A DNA stretch of 64,000 nucleotides from the NCBI GenBank assembly GCA_030704615.1, contig CM060731.1, positions 3,286,001 through 3,350,000 on the forward strand, read 5' to 3'. Under the pieces are notes generated by a model. The model worked only from the letters and a program-made list of their open reading frames with translations. It was not told where the DNA came from and searched no databases. Positions within the stretch are counted from its first letter, which is position 1; every line of letters starts with the position of its first letter. Shown here in pieces: positions 25,880 through 39,911 of this stretch. The DNA comes from Takakia lepidozioides. Its lineage: Eukaryota > Plantae > Bryophyta. A program made the position numbers and the translations under genes.

Positions 25880-28800
25880 ATGGATTGTGACATTGATTCT
25901 GTATTGCAATGTCAACATTTACAGTGTATACATGATTATCATTATGTTGTTGGAGATTGCTTGTTTGATTCAATTGCTTATTTGTTGCATTATTCAATTA
26001 CATCAAAAGATCTGCGTCGTCTATGTATGGCTCATTTTTCACAAACTTTACAAACACCAACTGATGAACTAACCGAAATGATTCAAATTCATTTCTCTTC
26101 GGATGCACTATATGAGTTGCATGGTATCCATACCCTCGAGGACTTCATTCACAAAATGTCATTTTCTGTTGTTCATGGGGGTTTGGAAGGTGATAATCGT
26201 GCTATTGTTTGTTTGGCAAATTATTTACAAAGGCCAATCCTATTATGGTCTCGCGTCAACAAAAGAATAATATTCTCTGCAGGTGATCAATTTCTTACTT
26301 CTACCCCTCTGCAGTTACTTTATGATGATAGGCATGCCACCAAAAGTGGACACTTTGAACCTATTGTTTTTTTTTAAATAACCCATAATGATGTTATGCC
26401 ATGTGCTTTGGTTCCTAATATTCATGACATTCAATCTCCTCCACTTTCCGTAATATCTTCTTCGAAAATTGACACTATTACTAAGAAAAGGGCTTGGCAA
26501 CAAAAACATGACGATATAACTACTGTAGCCCCAAAACCGCCTCGTTTTAAATGGTTACCATCTCATGATGAATATATGTTCAATTTAATGGTTGAGTTTC
26601 CATCATTAACTTTAAAAGATATAGCTAATATGTTTGAACAACATTATGCAGCTTTACAACTTACATTTTCTCAAATTTATTCACATTTGCGATATATTAA
26701 CAATAAAAAGAACTTTATTGCGAAAACAACTACAAAAACTTCTATAGATATATCCATGTAAATGTAAGTCCCAATAATAATGTGAGTAAAGAACAAACCC
26801 TACAAAAAGCAGCAAAATCCAAATCCAAATCCAAATCTAGTACTTATCATACTCAATATAGAGAAAAATTGTTAGATACGCCCGTGCATCCATGTATGTG
26901 TTGTCATCAGTTATCTTTTAAAAAACAAATTGTTAAATTCACGAAAGGCTTGTTGACTAAATTAGAGGAGTATATTTCTATTAATATGACAAAAGTACAA
27001 AATCAAGAATTATTTCTATGTCAAAGTTGTAAATTGATGCTTCATAAAAAAAAATCTCCTAAATATATAGTACCTAACAATATTCATCTAAATAATCTTA
27101 TATATAATGTTCAAAAACTAAATGCACTAGAAGAAAGATTAATTGCACCACATATGGCTTTTGCACAGATATATCAATTGCAAGGTTATGCTCAATATGG
27201 TATTTGTGGTAGCATAATTAATGTTCCAGCAAATATTAATGATACACAGGCGGTTCTACCTCGCATGCCACATGATGATGCTACAATTGGATTATTTTTG
27301 AAACGTCGATTAGAATATAAAAATCCATATTTATCAGGAACTGTACGTCCAAATTTTATCATGTTAGCTTTACATTATCTCCTAACTACTCCATTATATA
27401 TGGAAGCTCATGTTACTACTCGTCCAGAATGGTCTGGTTTATTTGCAACGTCTCGTCAAACAAAACAAAATAATCAAAAACATTGTCTTAATGAAGATAG
27501 TTCTGAGGAAGTTATCGAAAATACTCGAGATAGTTGAGGAAGTTACGGAAAATATTACTAGTGATATTTTGGTGGAAAATATTCTCACTTCGGAACAAAT
27601 CCAAGTATTTCAAGATGATCTTTTGACGGTAGCTCCTATTCAAGATTTCAAACCATTAGGTCTATTTCAAGATATTCATAGCGAAGAATTAAATTTTCCT
27701 AGCTTGTTTTTTGGACATCCTCGATCAAATTGTTTGGCTTTATCTTATCAAGATATTGCACAATGGGAACTATTGCATAAAGACCATGATTTTGCACGAC
27801 ATATTCCGAATCTTTTTTTTAAAGCTATAAAAATATTAATTCATGGTGTTACTTCATCTTCTTGGATTCGTATTCGTAAAGGTAAACTTCATGGTAGACA
27901 ATTAAGACAGGTGATCTCCTTGAAAAACCAAATTTGGATAAGCTATTGCGCTCAGATCTAGGCTATAGAGATCTAGAACGATTACGAACATCGCCCGATT
28001 ACTTGGCTCGTCTTCGAAAATAAACTTTTGCAATGATTCGACAATTAGGACCCCCTACTTTTTTTGTCACATTCACAAGTGCTGAAAGTAAATGGACACC
28101 ACTATTAGAAACCCTTCATTCTCTCAACTATGAAAAATTAGAAATTTCGGATAATATACAAAACTTAGAAACTAAACACACTGCCGAGTTAATCCGATCC
28201 GACCCCTGTTACATGTGCTCGATATTATGATCATCGAATGGGTGCTTTTAGACATCTATGTAAAAAAAGATCATACCATTTTTGGACCCCTACGTGATTT
28301 TTTCTATGTTACGGAATTTCAAAGTAGAGGTAGTGAACATGACCATGGAATGTTGTGGATAGCTAATGCACCCATTTATGGAGTAGACCAAAACAAGATA
28401 ATTGAAGATTTTGTGGATAAATATATAACATCTGATAGTAATGTTCTTTCACCTAGTCTTCGTGAAGCTCAAACCATCAACACAAACGGACATGTAGAAA
28501 AAAAAATCAAGCTATATGTCGTTTTCACTATCCATTGCCCCCAATGATTTGTACTACTATTTTGGAACCTTTCACTAAAGAATTAAACAGAAAGGATTTC
28601 AAACATTATACATTGATATCAACTCAAATATTTACCGAGTTAAATAAAATAGATATGGGTATAGATATTTCATTTGATGACTTCCTTTCATTATTACATA
28701 TTGATTAAAAAAAAACATATATATGTGCGTTGCGTATTAGATTGCAAAAACCTACTTTATTTTTAAAAAGAGCATGTAAAGATATCCGTACTAATGCATT

Positions 28801-31800
28801 TGGTATCCACGCTGGCCCATTGTGGCAAGCTAATATTGATGCACAATATATTCTCGATCCTTATGCTGCAGCAAGTTATTGTACTTCTTATTTAACTAAG
28901 ATAGATAAAACTATTACTAATGAATTTCGTACAATAATAGACAAATGTAAATCAGAACAAGTTGATGCAAATGTTAGAATCCGTAAGATGGGAAATGTGT
29001 TCTTGAATGCCCAGCAAATGTCCGCTCAATTAGCTGCATACGTTGTCTTATCTATACCACTATATCATGCATCCAGAACTTTTAAATTTTTAAACACATC
29101 ACCGCCTCAAGAACGGGCATTTGTGCTAAAAGCTGATAAAGATTTACGACGACTCTCTCCTGAATCTACGGATATAAAGTGTTCATCTGCTATCGATAAA
29201 TACATAGATCGCCCAACTACATTAAATCATTTAAGTCTCATTGAATATGTAGCAGATTATACAATAGAAAAATATATATATATAGCATCGTAAAAAATCT
29301 CATATCATTAAATATGTGTATTACAATGAGCATCGAGACTCTGAAAATTATTATCGAGAACAACTTTTATTTTTTCATCCATTCATAAAAAATGAAGACT
29401 CTCAAAAAGACAACCATAAGATTTGGCATGATGCGTATATGAATCATGAATCAACTATTTCATTAATACGTAATAAATTCATATACAAGTTTTCTATAGA
29501 AAATACTTGGAGTATGTTAGAGACAAATGCTCACGAATTAGCCAAAATCAATGATACTAGTATATGGATGAATAACTTTCTTGATGCTGATGTTGATGCA
29601 GAATCCATTCCACAATCATTAATAAGTAGTATTGGGATAGAACCATATGACATAGCTACTGAATTTCATTTACGCCCTGAAATTGGTTTATGGACAGAGT
29701 CTGATGCGTCTGATAACATTATTTCCACAACAGAATTTTATGCACAACTACGAAAACTTAATATAGAACAACGCGCAATTTTCGATGATTGTATGTATAG
29801 AAAACATTTGTTTCCCAATAAACCTTTACATTAACAGGGGGGGGAGGAACCGGAAAAACATTTACTTTGTTGCTTATTATTCAAGGTTTATTGAGATTTT
29901 ACAATAGACATCCACAATCTGACCCCCTTAAACAAAAAGCAATTCTCATGCCATATACTGGAAAGGCTGCTTTCAATATAGATGGAACAACAATCCATTC
30001 AGGACTAAGCATACCTCTTAATTGCAAAGATTTGTCATCGCTAGGTTCTGAACGATTAGACACATTAGTGAAAAAATTGATGAACTACAACTTATGGTAT
30101 TAGATGAAGTATCTCTTGTAGATAGTAGGATGCTTGCGTTTGCTGATCAACAATTGAGATCAATGAAACGAATTCATAATTCTTACTTTGGTAATATTGA
30201 TGTTATTATCACTCGAGATTTCTACCAAGCACCGCCAGTACGAAATTCATGGATTTTCAAAAAGAAAAATGAAGGTCATGATGCTATAGTATCTAATTTT
30301 TGGCAAGATTGTATTAAATGTTACGAACTTAATCAAGTAATGCGTCAATCAGACAATGAATTCATTGCCATCTTGAATCGACTGCGAATTGCAACCACAA
30401 CTCAATTTGATATTGATACTATAAATCGACAATGTTGTCGCTCTGCTCCTAACAATCTAACATTTCCACATTTGTATTATACAAACAAATCTATGTTAGT
30501 TCATAATCACAAAGCATTTGAACAAACTAAAGGAAGTATATATATTTTTGAAGTTGTTGATAAACATAATGATACATGTCCATCCACTTTTAAGCTTTCA
30601 GATAATGTAGCCAATACGGCTGGCTTACATACAATCATTCGTGTGAAAGAAGAGATGTTGGTGGAGTTATATGCAGGCAACTATGCAACACATGATGGTT
30701 TAGTAAATGGAGCAGACGGTATATTTAAACATACTTCAGTGTTAACAGATTCAACGCCTTTAATATGGATACAATTTAATAATCCAAAATCTGGTGTTGC
30801 TACACGTGCAATTTTTTTTATTTATATAGCTCAACGATAAATAAATTATGGACTCCAATTCAACCAACTACAAAAGAAATTCTAATATGATCCAATACAT
30901 CACATATAATTATAAGAACACAATTTTCTATTCAATTAGCAGCTGCACGAACTATACATCGTTCACAAGGTTTAACTTTAGAATATTTGGCGCTTGATCC
31001 AACAGGAGTACATAAACATGGTTTAAGTTATACAGCTTTGTCTCGAATACGTAAAAAAGAAAATTTGTATCTCCTATCAAATTTACAATTATCAAATTTT
31101 CATGTTGATAATGGTGTGGTAGAAGAAATGCAAAGATTGAAAACAACAACAAAATGGGAGTTGATCATTCCAAATTTAACCATATATACACAATCACATG
31201 TTCTTATACAGCATTTAAATACTAGATCGTTGTTATTACATAGAGAAGATGTATGTGCAAATCACAACTTACAAGCAGCTCATATTTTATGTTTTAATGA
31301 AACACATTTTAATCCAAAAACTTCTGACATAAACTTATTCATAGATACCAAAAAATATTCGCATGTGGCTGTTCATGGTAGCCATGGTACAATGCTATTA
31401 TATGACAAAACAGTATCGTTAACATCGTATGAAATATTTTCATCTTCTAGTGCTGAATATATAATGGCTACTTTCAACAAAAATACAAGAAGAGCTATCC
31501 ACATTATTGTCATTTACAAACCTCCATCGCTTTCAATACCCACATTTTTATCTTCTTTACAAACAATTGTTGATAAGATGCCAAGTTTTTGCCCCACCAT
31601 TATCATGGGTGATTTTAATATTTACATGCTAGAAAACAATTCATCAATGTCAAAGCAACTGTTACAATTTATGAAGACGATTAACATGACACTTCAATTT
31701 ATGCAAGCTACTACAATGTATGGTTCACAATTGGATCACATTTGGACAAATACACCAAACCAACAATGCATATCTGGAGTTACAGAAGCATATTGGACAG

Positions 31801-31868
31801 ATCACAAACCTACATATATAGCTTTCAAGTTGCCAAATCACGTTGTTAAATATCATCATTCACATTAG
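25880..31868 (+). pseudogene. Helitron polyprotein: OTU protease - Rep (HUH/Y2) - PIF1 helicase - APE-type endonuclease, many frameshifts
   Basis: OTU GDCLFDSIA..GHFEP; Rep MIRQLGPPTFFVTFTSAE, EFQSRGSEHDHGMLW, YCTSYLTK; helicase GTGKT, VLDEVS, VMRQSD, TIHRSQG, YTALSR; APE LNTRSL, LCFNET, IIMGDFN, LDHIW, TDHKP. Confidence 0.9.
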
Positions 31869-33087
31869 TGTTGTCTTATATATTTTATATTGGAGGGTGG
31901 AGCCAGTACACGTCAAGCCGCTTGTTAATATCATATCATAGTTTGTTGCATAAAATGCAATAGATGTACAAGCTTTACTGTCAAGTTATAAGACTAGACC
32001 GAACCATAGAAATCTATAGGTTGCTGATTGGACGTTGTGTGTCTAGGAAAGCCTTGCCAACCGTAGCAAACTCATTTTTCTGAATAAGTTTTACACAACA
32101 TTTTGATAGCTGTTGATTTTTTTTTAATTTTTTAAAATTTCATTCTTTTGAAATGCTGGTTCATGCCCATTTTTTTGGGTAAATAATTAATGCTCCACCT
32201 CATGTCATAACGGGAATGAGTATATCTCTCCAATCTGGAATGCAGATTTTGATATCCCAATGTAATGCTCAGCGTGGCATACTTCAACCTCATATAGGGA
32301 TGGACATTCCATTTGATGCCAAAGTCCTTATCACATTTCAAAGGATTAAAAATAAAATAAAATAAAAATTCTGCACAAATTAATTTGTCATCATTGCTGC
32401 AATGATGATCACACGTTGTATTTGTAGATATGGTTCAAAGCACACTAGTAGTGCGTGTTGCTCCGCACTACTAGTAATTACTCATGAGAACAATGTGAAC
32501 TCAAATTTTACAAAAAGTTCAAGTGTAGGTATCCGATCTAATGCTACTTTTTGCCAGATTTAAGCGGCTCTCCACCTCATCGTATCTCGGATTCATTATT
32601 AATTACTTTAGAATGCAAGAGATTAACAGATAGTGGTTAGTAACCTATTGATAAGGTGATGAGGTGTAGGGTTTGGTTCTTGATGGGTGGTAGTGTCACC
32701 CCCGACTTCTCTAGTTCGTGTCATCCCATGTCTGGTAAAACTCATCCCAATACATTATATACTTAGCCAAATTTAGACGTAGTTAAATTTCAAGATTAAA
32801 TACAACTCCAAGTTTGACACTCCCTTCCATGTCACCCCATCACTCCGATATAACCTCGTTCTAGTATCATCCCGTTCCACGCTGCAAGAGGGGGTGGGGA
32901 AGATTTGATATCTCGGAAACTGGCCCTGTCTGAGATCACACGCATGCATTAAGTTCACATAGTACTCCTACAATTCTCCATTTTATGCGTTGTTTTGTCT
33001 GTCCGCAATAACAAATTTTTGGGTGTGTTGATGGTGATGATATTTATTTCATTTTCAACATGAATTTATTTGAATTTGTTGATGTAC

Positions 33088-33126
<39 letters not shown>

Positions 33127-33239
33127 AGTATATGTATATTCTTAATAGTCCATAATATAGACAAATGACAAAAAATCAAAACTAAGAATTTCGACAATGC
33201 ATTAGCTATTACCATTATCGTATTTATCAATAGATGATG

Positions 33240-35400
33240 CGAGACGTTTGTTTTGTTTTGTTTTGTTTTGTCACGTTGAGATGTCCTAAACCATGGGCCC
33301 CAACATGGGTGCTTGGTACCGTTGGAAAGCCCTCGACGAGGAGGGGTGCATGGGCTTGGTCTCATAATTTTTGGGCTTGCAGTGTGGGAGATTTGGAATT
33401 TCAAGTACTTTGGGTCATTGGAAATCCGGGAAAAATAGCAAAGTGGGCATTCCTGGCACAACGATCGGAGCCTCGACGAGAAAGATGTCAAGGAAAAGGT
33501 GTCCGGTTCAAATCAGGTCGTAGATTCCGTGGAAAAAAATGATTAGACTTGGATGACTTAGATGACATTGGACACTTGGGCCAACGGCACAAGCTACCCT
33601 GGAGGTCATACTTGGGCCTAGACATAGGAGACGCACTTGAATGCATAGCAGATTGCACTTAGGCTTACATGACCTTGGACACTTGGGCCAACGGCACAAG
33701 CTACCTTAGTCAATACATGAAGCAAGACGTTTGTTTGTTTGTTTGTTTTGTTTTGTAGTATTGAGATGTCCCAAACCGCATGGCCCCAGCCTTGGTGCTT
33801 GGTACCGTTGGAAAGCCCTCGAAGAGGAAGGGGGCACCGGCTTGGTCTCATGATTTTTGGACCTGCGGTGTGGGAGATGTGAAATTTCAAGTACTTTTGG
33901 TTGCTGGATATTCGCAAAAAATAGCAAAGTGGGCTTTCCTGGGACAATGATTGAAGCCTCAACCGGAGATAGATCAATAATGATATGATATATAACTACT
34001 CAATAAATTCATGGAAAATAATAAATTGATTTTTTTGATTTGAAGCAAAATGGGCTTTCCTCGAACAATGATTGGATATCATACTACTCTCAATAAATTC
34101 ATGAAAACCAAACAAAACAAAACAAAACAAACAAAAAAACTACCTTGCTTCATCTATTGATCGAATTTCAAGTACTTTTGGTCGCTAGAAATTCCCGAAA
34201 AACAGCATAGTGGACTTTCCTCGAACAATGAATTCATGAAAACCAAACCAAAACAAAACAAACAAACAACCTACTTTGGAGTACTTTTGGTCGCTGAAAA
34301 TTTGCGAAAAATAGCAAAGTGGGTTTTCCTAGAGCAGTGATTGGCCCTTCGTGTGAGACTCAATTTGGAATTTCAAGTACTGGAAAATAGCAAAGTGGAT
34401 ATATCAATATATGAAGCCTCGAGATTGAAAAAATGGCAAATTGGAACAATGACATGGAGATCTCCCAAAGTGGAGGGTCTCTGGATGCATAGGGGATTGC
34501 ACTTGGAGTACTTAAATGACATTGGACACTGGAGGTCGCATTTGGGCCTCTACATGGGAGAAGCACTTGGATATATAGGACATTGCACTTGGGCTTAGAT
34601 TTCAATTCTTCACACATCGGCCAATGGCACATGCCACCCTAGATCTTCCAAATAGGGGGTTCTTGGACATAGATGACACTGGACACTTGGGCCAATGGCA
34701 CAGGCTACCCTAGAGGTCGCACTTGGGCCTTGACATAGGAGACGCACTTGTATACATAGGGGATTGCACTTGGATTTAGATAACATTGGACACTTGGGCC
34801 AACGGCACAGGCTACCCTAGTATGTACTGTAAAATCAATATACGAAGGAAGCCAATTTGTTTGTTTGCTTGTTTTGTCACGTTGAGATGTCCCGAACCGC
34901 GGGGCACCAGCCCTAGTGCTTGGTACCGTTGGAAAGCCCTCGGCGAGGAGGGATGCACGGGCTTGGTCTCATAATTTTTGGACCTACAGTGTGGGAGATG
35001 TGGAATTCCAAGTATTTTTGGTTGGATACTTGGGCCAACGACACAGGCTATCCTAGAGGTCGCATTGGGGCCTTGACATAGGAGACGCACATGGATACAT
35101 AGGGGATTGCACTTGGACTTAGATGACACTAATTGGGCCAACGGCACGGGCTACCCTAAATAAGTTGGGCCTTGACATGGGAGACGTAATGGGATACATA
35201 GGAAATTGCACTTGGTTTTAGATTTCAATTCTTCACACATGGGCCAAAGGTACAAGCTACCCTAAAGGTCGCACTTGGGCCAACGGCATAGGCTTCCCTA
35301 AATAAATTGGGCCTTGACATGAGAAACGTACTTGGATACATAGGCGATTGCACTTGGGCTTAGATGACACCGGACACTTGGGCCAACGGCACATACTACC
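33240..35400. repeat. Composite repeat tract: three ~250-bp units interleaved with ~100-bp TTGGGCCAACGGCAC units
   Basis: GGTACCGTTGGAAAGCCCTCG at ~33315, 33801, 34922; recurrent ACTTGGGCCAACGGCACA(A/G)GCTACCCT. Confidence 0.8.
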
Positions 35401-35780
35401 CTAGTATTAGTAAATTGAAACGTGTTATTCACAAAACCAAAATAATGTTTAGAAGTGCTATAATATTTACATTGAATATGTGAAAAAACAAAAGAAAGTA
35501 AGTAAGTACCTAATAGGTAGTAGAGCAGATTTGATAAAATAAAATAAAAAACCATAATTCAGTTTTTTTTTTCTGACAGTACGGGCAGCTTAAAAAATGA
35601 CGTGGCCTATGAAACGTGACGATGATGACATGGCTACGATGACGTCAAATTGTTTTTCATTTTTTTCAATCTTTTTGAGTAGTCTATGGCATATGCAGCT
35701 TCAAAAAAAGTTGAAACATACGTTGATGACGTGGCCTAGTAAACGTGACACTATGGTTCTCTAATTCTACTCTACACTAA

Positions 35781-36480
35781 GGGCGTTACCACATGAGCGG
35801 CAGGGGAAGCAAATGCGAGAATGCAATTGGTAGAGTCATCGCAGAGCGACACCCTCACTTACCACATGGGAGGAATGACAATGAAAAATGAGGGCGCCTA
35901 GAAATCCGAAATGTTAGGGAATGTCATTGTCGTGTTTCCCTCATTCCCACCGTGGATCTCATCTCTCTCGTTCACCTCATCGCTACTCTCTCCCTTTTTG
36001 TCTCCCGTACAATACTACAATGGAATTGCAAAGTAGTGTTGATGAGAAAGGAAATCAAAATGTGGTTGACCTTGATAGTGTTGCAGACACTTTGTGGTCA
36101 AATATGTCACCTTGGAGTACTGTCAATCGTGTAGGAAAGATAAATGGTAGTGGTGGGATGCCTGTAGCACCATTTCCATTTCCTCATGGTTCTTACAATA
36201 TGCATCCAAGATCTTTCATGAGTCGACTTCTTGACTCGTCAATCCCAAATCTCATACCGCGACGACGACCAGCAGAGATCATTTCTAACGAGCAAACGGC
36301 CACTCCAAAGAAGAAGAGAGCAGCAACGAAGAATGTCGTAAAACCAGAAACAACTGACTTGAAGGACGAATGTGAGGAGAAAAAGTGTGGCGGTTCATGG
36401 AAGGAGCATTGGGTTATTCATTTGATAACGTTGTGTGGTGAAATGCATGATGTATTTTCCGCTCCACCAAAACAAGATGA
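35781..36480 (+). mobile_element. Probable Harbinger left end with truncated Myb/SANT-like ORF
   Basis: TAA|GGGCGTTACCACATG start; ORF 35921-36652 with NLS PKKKR and WKEHWVIHLITLCGEM helix. Confidence 0.4.
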
Positions 36481-37263
36481 GTGCCCATACATTCAATATG
36501 TGTTTCTTCAATGTGAGAGAAAAGGGAAGGACTTTTATCATGAATTGCTTGGTTGTGGTGAAGAAACAGGGGCTGAATTTTGGGTGAACGATTTGAAATG
36601 GATACAGCTAAGAGAAAGTCAAATTGGTGAAGGAAATGAGATAAAGAACTAGGGTCTGAATTCAGGATTTTTTTTAAAAACGTCGTTATTTAAAATCGAC
36701 ACCCTGGGGTCGGTATTGTTTTATTTTGTTTTGTTGTATTTTTATTTCTATGACTGTGAGTCCGTCTTTGTTGGGTCATTGTTTTTGGAATCGGTTCAAA
36801 AAATGGCGGGACGAAGTACAAAAGGAAGTTGTATAGAAGTTCAAACTTTATACCGATTCTACATGGCTGCTGCGTTGGACTCGTGGAAAGAACCACTAGA
36901 ACAAATTGTAGTATCTCTTTGTGTGGTTGCAGTATGAACTATGAACGTTATGAACCATCTTAATGTGCATTTCAATTATATCATGGATCGTTTGTACAAT
37001 TATCTGTCCTCAATCACACGGTTGTATGTGTATTATTTCGTCTCTAATTTCTAGGGTTTGGATGAGAACATGGAATTGTTGTTTTATCCCATAGAAATCC
37101 GGTACCAGTAATATATTAATGGAATTTTGATATGGGAGATTGTAGGGATCGACAATTGGAATAGACTCCATGCCCGGTTTGTGGGTTTTGTCCAGAAATC
37201 TACAAGGCTCGCTCACAAAGGTTTGCTGATCCCAAACAGTAGACCGTGAGGACACGGCTTTTT

Positions 37264-37277
37264 GAGAGGGGGAGGGG
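37264..37277 (+). promoter_or_regulatory. Polypurine tract of element A
   Basis: GAGAGGGGGAGGGG 3 nt before LTR start TGTTAG. Confidence 0.8.
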
Positions 37278-37280
37278 TAA

Positions 37281-38253
37281 TGTTAGAGGGCTACTTGGGC
37301 CTTAGACGCTTTTACGGGTTCTGTGGGGTACCCTTAATTTTTGCGCAGACTTATGAATGGTAGACTGAGACCAACGGGAGCCTTAGGGGTGGCAGGCGCA
37401 GGCTTTAGGGGGGTTAGACAGCTCATCACAGTCTATCACAGTCCGACACAGCTTTACACAGCCCGTCACAGTCTATCACAGCCAGTCACAGCCCGACACA
37501 GCTTTACACAGCCCGTCACAATCTATCACAGCCAGACACAGTCTGACACAGCCCGACACAGCTTCGCACAGCCAGTCACAGCCCGACACAGCTTTACACA
37601 GCCAGTCACAGCTCGGCACAGCTTGACACAGCCTGTCACAGTACATGGGGAACAGTTATCATTGACAGGGAACGACATCTGCAGAGGGAACGTGTTACTT
37701 CAGGGGTGACGGTTAGTTAGTTAGGTGGTTAGAACAGCTTGCGGGTAGATTAGGCAGAGCGGCAACAGGAAGGGGATCACTTCTTGAGGAGGGAGACTTG
37801 TTCAGGAGAGGAGGAGACGTAACGGAGAGCGGAAACAGTGAAGATGAGATGATGACTTGATTGAGGCTTAATTCATGCAAGCTGTAAAATTATACAGTAG
37901 GGTAGATTAGAGACTCCATGGCATAGGCATGATACATGCTTAATCTTAATCCGATACTGAATCGATACAAACATATTGTGTAGAGAGACACGAGAGAAGT
38001 TGTGGAATGAATGCATGATTAATTGGAACTTAGTAGATACTGAAGCAATCCGATGCTTCAGTATACACGGTAAGGTAAATTGATAACATGAAGGCAAGAA
38101 GGAATACAAATAGGAAGCACAACCATGATTCACTAGCTGCAGGTCATGACTGATTGTTCTGAGCGGGCTGAGTGCTTAGAGATATCCAACTCTTCTATCT
38201 TGGAGTTTCCACCTCGGATAGCGAAGGGATGGGTGAGTAAAAGCCGCTCGACA
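37281..38253 (+). mobile_element. 3' LTR of gypsy element A
   Basis: TG...CA termini, preceded by PPT, followed by GTAAC TSD; reverse complement of 8556-9572. Confidence 0.9.
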
Positions 38254-38330
38254 GTAACTTTTGATAACCTGGTAACTTGGTAACTCTGGTATTTACTCTT
38301 GGTAAGTTCCTTTGGGCTATGTCCGTGACA
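38254..38330 (-). mobile_element. Missing first ~77 bp of the B1 5' LTR
   Basis: Matches 15630-15698 (..GGCTATGTYCRTGACA); flanked by CATGG. Confidence 0.85.
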
Positions 38331-38532
38331 CATGGAGCTGAAGACAACTTGAGGGAGGAGCTTGAGCGAATGAAAGAGGAAGCGGCAAAAAAAATATGAA
38401 GTTGTCATGCAATTAAGAAGAAAAAATGCAAAGGAATTATTGGCTAGAAGAGATAGCATTGCCAAATGGTTATGGAATTCAAAGAAGAGAACATTGGTTG
38501 ATGAGACATTCCCTCATGCTAGTAGCGAATGA
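38331..38532 (+). pseudogene. C-terminus of the Harbinger transposase whose body lies inverted at 21428-22690
   Basis: In-frame join SFLSLRG|AEDNLREE..ARRDSIAKWLW..SSE*. Confidence 0.75.
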
Positions 38533-38559
38533 ACCATAACAACAATTGATCTAGAGTTT

Positions 38560-38995
38560 CTCAATTAGCTTCTTCATTGTCTCTTGCATGGACATCAATA
38601 AAGATATTTTGATGTCCTCATTTGATTTGAAGCTCTCCGTCATTTGTTTTCTGCTCTCTAACTTCTGTTAAGAAAATGGTCATTTCTCTTCTTTTTCTCT
38701 GCTGATTTTTCACTGCTTCATTTGCTCTCTATACTGCCATTGTCACATTTCATATTTGTCTCTTGAGAACTAGTAGTAGGGTCAAGGTACTATAGTACTT
38801 CATGCGCACTACCATGTGCATGAGAGACCACATTTGCTCTGTGCATAAATTAATCTACCAAATTATACCATCGACATTTTTTTAACCTATTACTACTAAA
38901 TTTGATGTTGCATGCATTGTCCTAATTGTAGTCATTGTAGGTGGATCCCCATTTTTTTTATCCATCTTTTTCTGCATGCCTCACTGTCCTTGTAG
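38560..38995 (-). pseudogene. Probable C-terminal remnant of Harbinger accessory (Myb-type) ORF, convergent with transposase
   Basis: Minus-strand CRWYNLVD*FMHRANVVSHAHGSA followed by K/E-rich coiled segment. Confidence 0.4.
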
Positions 38996-39227
38996 CAGGG
39001 TTGCACATGTCAGTGACGTCACGTCACGTCGGACCTGACGCTGACACGACCAACGTCACGTCAGTTTTGCCGGAAAATCAGTAAAACATGAGTTAGGTGA
39101 AAAATATGTCACGTAAGGTAGACACGTTGTATTCCAAGCGACACCTTGGCAAGCGAATAAATTGTTTTATAAATTACTCCATCCGCCAATAGTTGAGGTC
39201 ATTTTTAAATCATTATTGTTAAATTGG

Positions 39228-39911
39228 TGCGACCTCCAAATGGTGGTGGTCGCAGAATTTATCTTATTTTTTAATATTTGCGGCCACCAGCAAAGAGGTT
39301 GCCTCAGCATTTTTTGTTTTTTAAAAATAGATGCGACCACCAGCAGGGGTGGTCGCATTTTTTTCTTTTCTTAAACAGTTGCGACCACCGCTACTGGTGG
39401 TCGCACAATTTTTCTATTTTTTAATATCTGCGACCACCAGCATGGGGGTGGTCGCACCATTTTTCTGTTTTTTTAATAGGTGCGACCACCAGCAAGGGGG
39501 TGGTCGCAGAATTTTTATTTTTTATTTTTTCGTTTTTAAAAAATATTCTCTGTGACCACGAGCATGGGGGTGGTCGCAGCATTTTTTTTTTTTTAATAGG
39601 TGCGACCACCGGCATGGGGGTGGTCGCAGAAATTTTCTATTTGTTTAATAGATGCGACCACCAACAGGGGGGTGATCGCAGAAATTTTTTGTTTTTTTAA
39701 TAGGTGCGACCACCAGCAGGGGGGTGGTCGCAGCAATTTTTATTTTTATTTTTATTTAATTTTTTGTTTTTTAAATAATCTCTGTGACCACGAGCATGGG
39801 GTGGTCGCAGCATTTTTCTTTTTCTTAATAGGTGCACCAGCATGAGGGTGGTCGCAGCAGTTTTTTTTTTAAAAAACATGTGACTTCCTCGTGCGACCTG
39901 GAGCGGTCGCA
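39228..39911 (+). repeat. Palindrome array 1 (~13 x TGCGACCACC-N-GGTGGTCGCA, ~50-bp period, T-tract spacers)
   Basis: Directly visible; TATATAA at 39959. Confidence 0.92.

Larger units (their letters stand above)
23260..32474 (+). mobile_element. Endonuclease-encoding Helitron (Helentron/Helitron2-like); 5' boundary uncertain
   Basis: RPA-like, OTU, Rep, PIF1 helicase and APE domains in series; candidate 3' hairpin + CTAG at 32444-32475. Confidence 0.75.

Noticed and set aside
33093-33122. (TA)n microsatellite and poly-A at 23233-23259
   Set aside because: Ordinary simple repeats; no TSD linking the poly-A to a retroposed unit
39228-39911. CRISPR-like appearance of palindromic repeat-spacer arrays (also 43.6-44.2 and 56.6-57.1 kb)
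   Set aside because: Spacers are low-complexity A/T tracts similar to each other, repeats vary, context is eukaryotic TE, no cas genes
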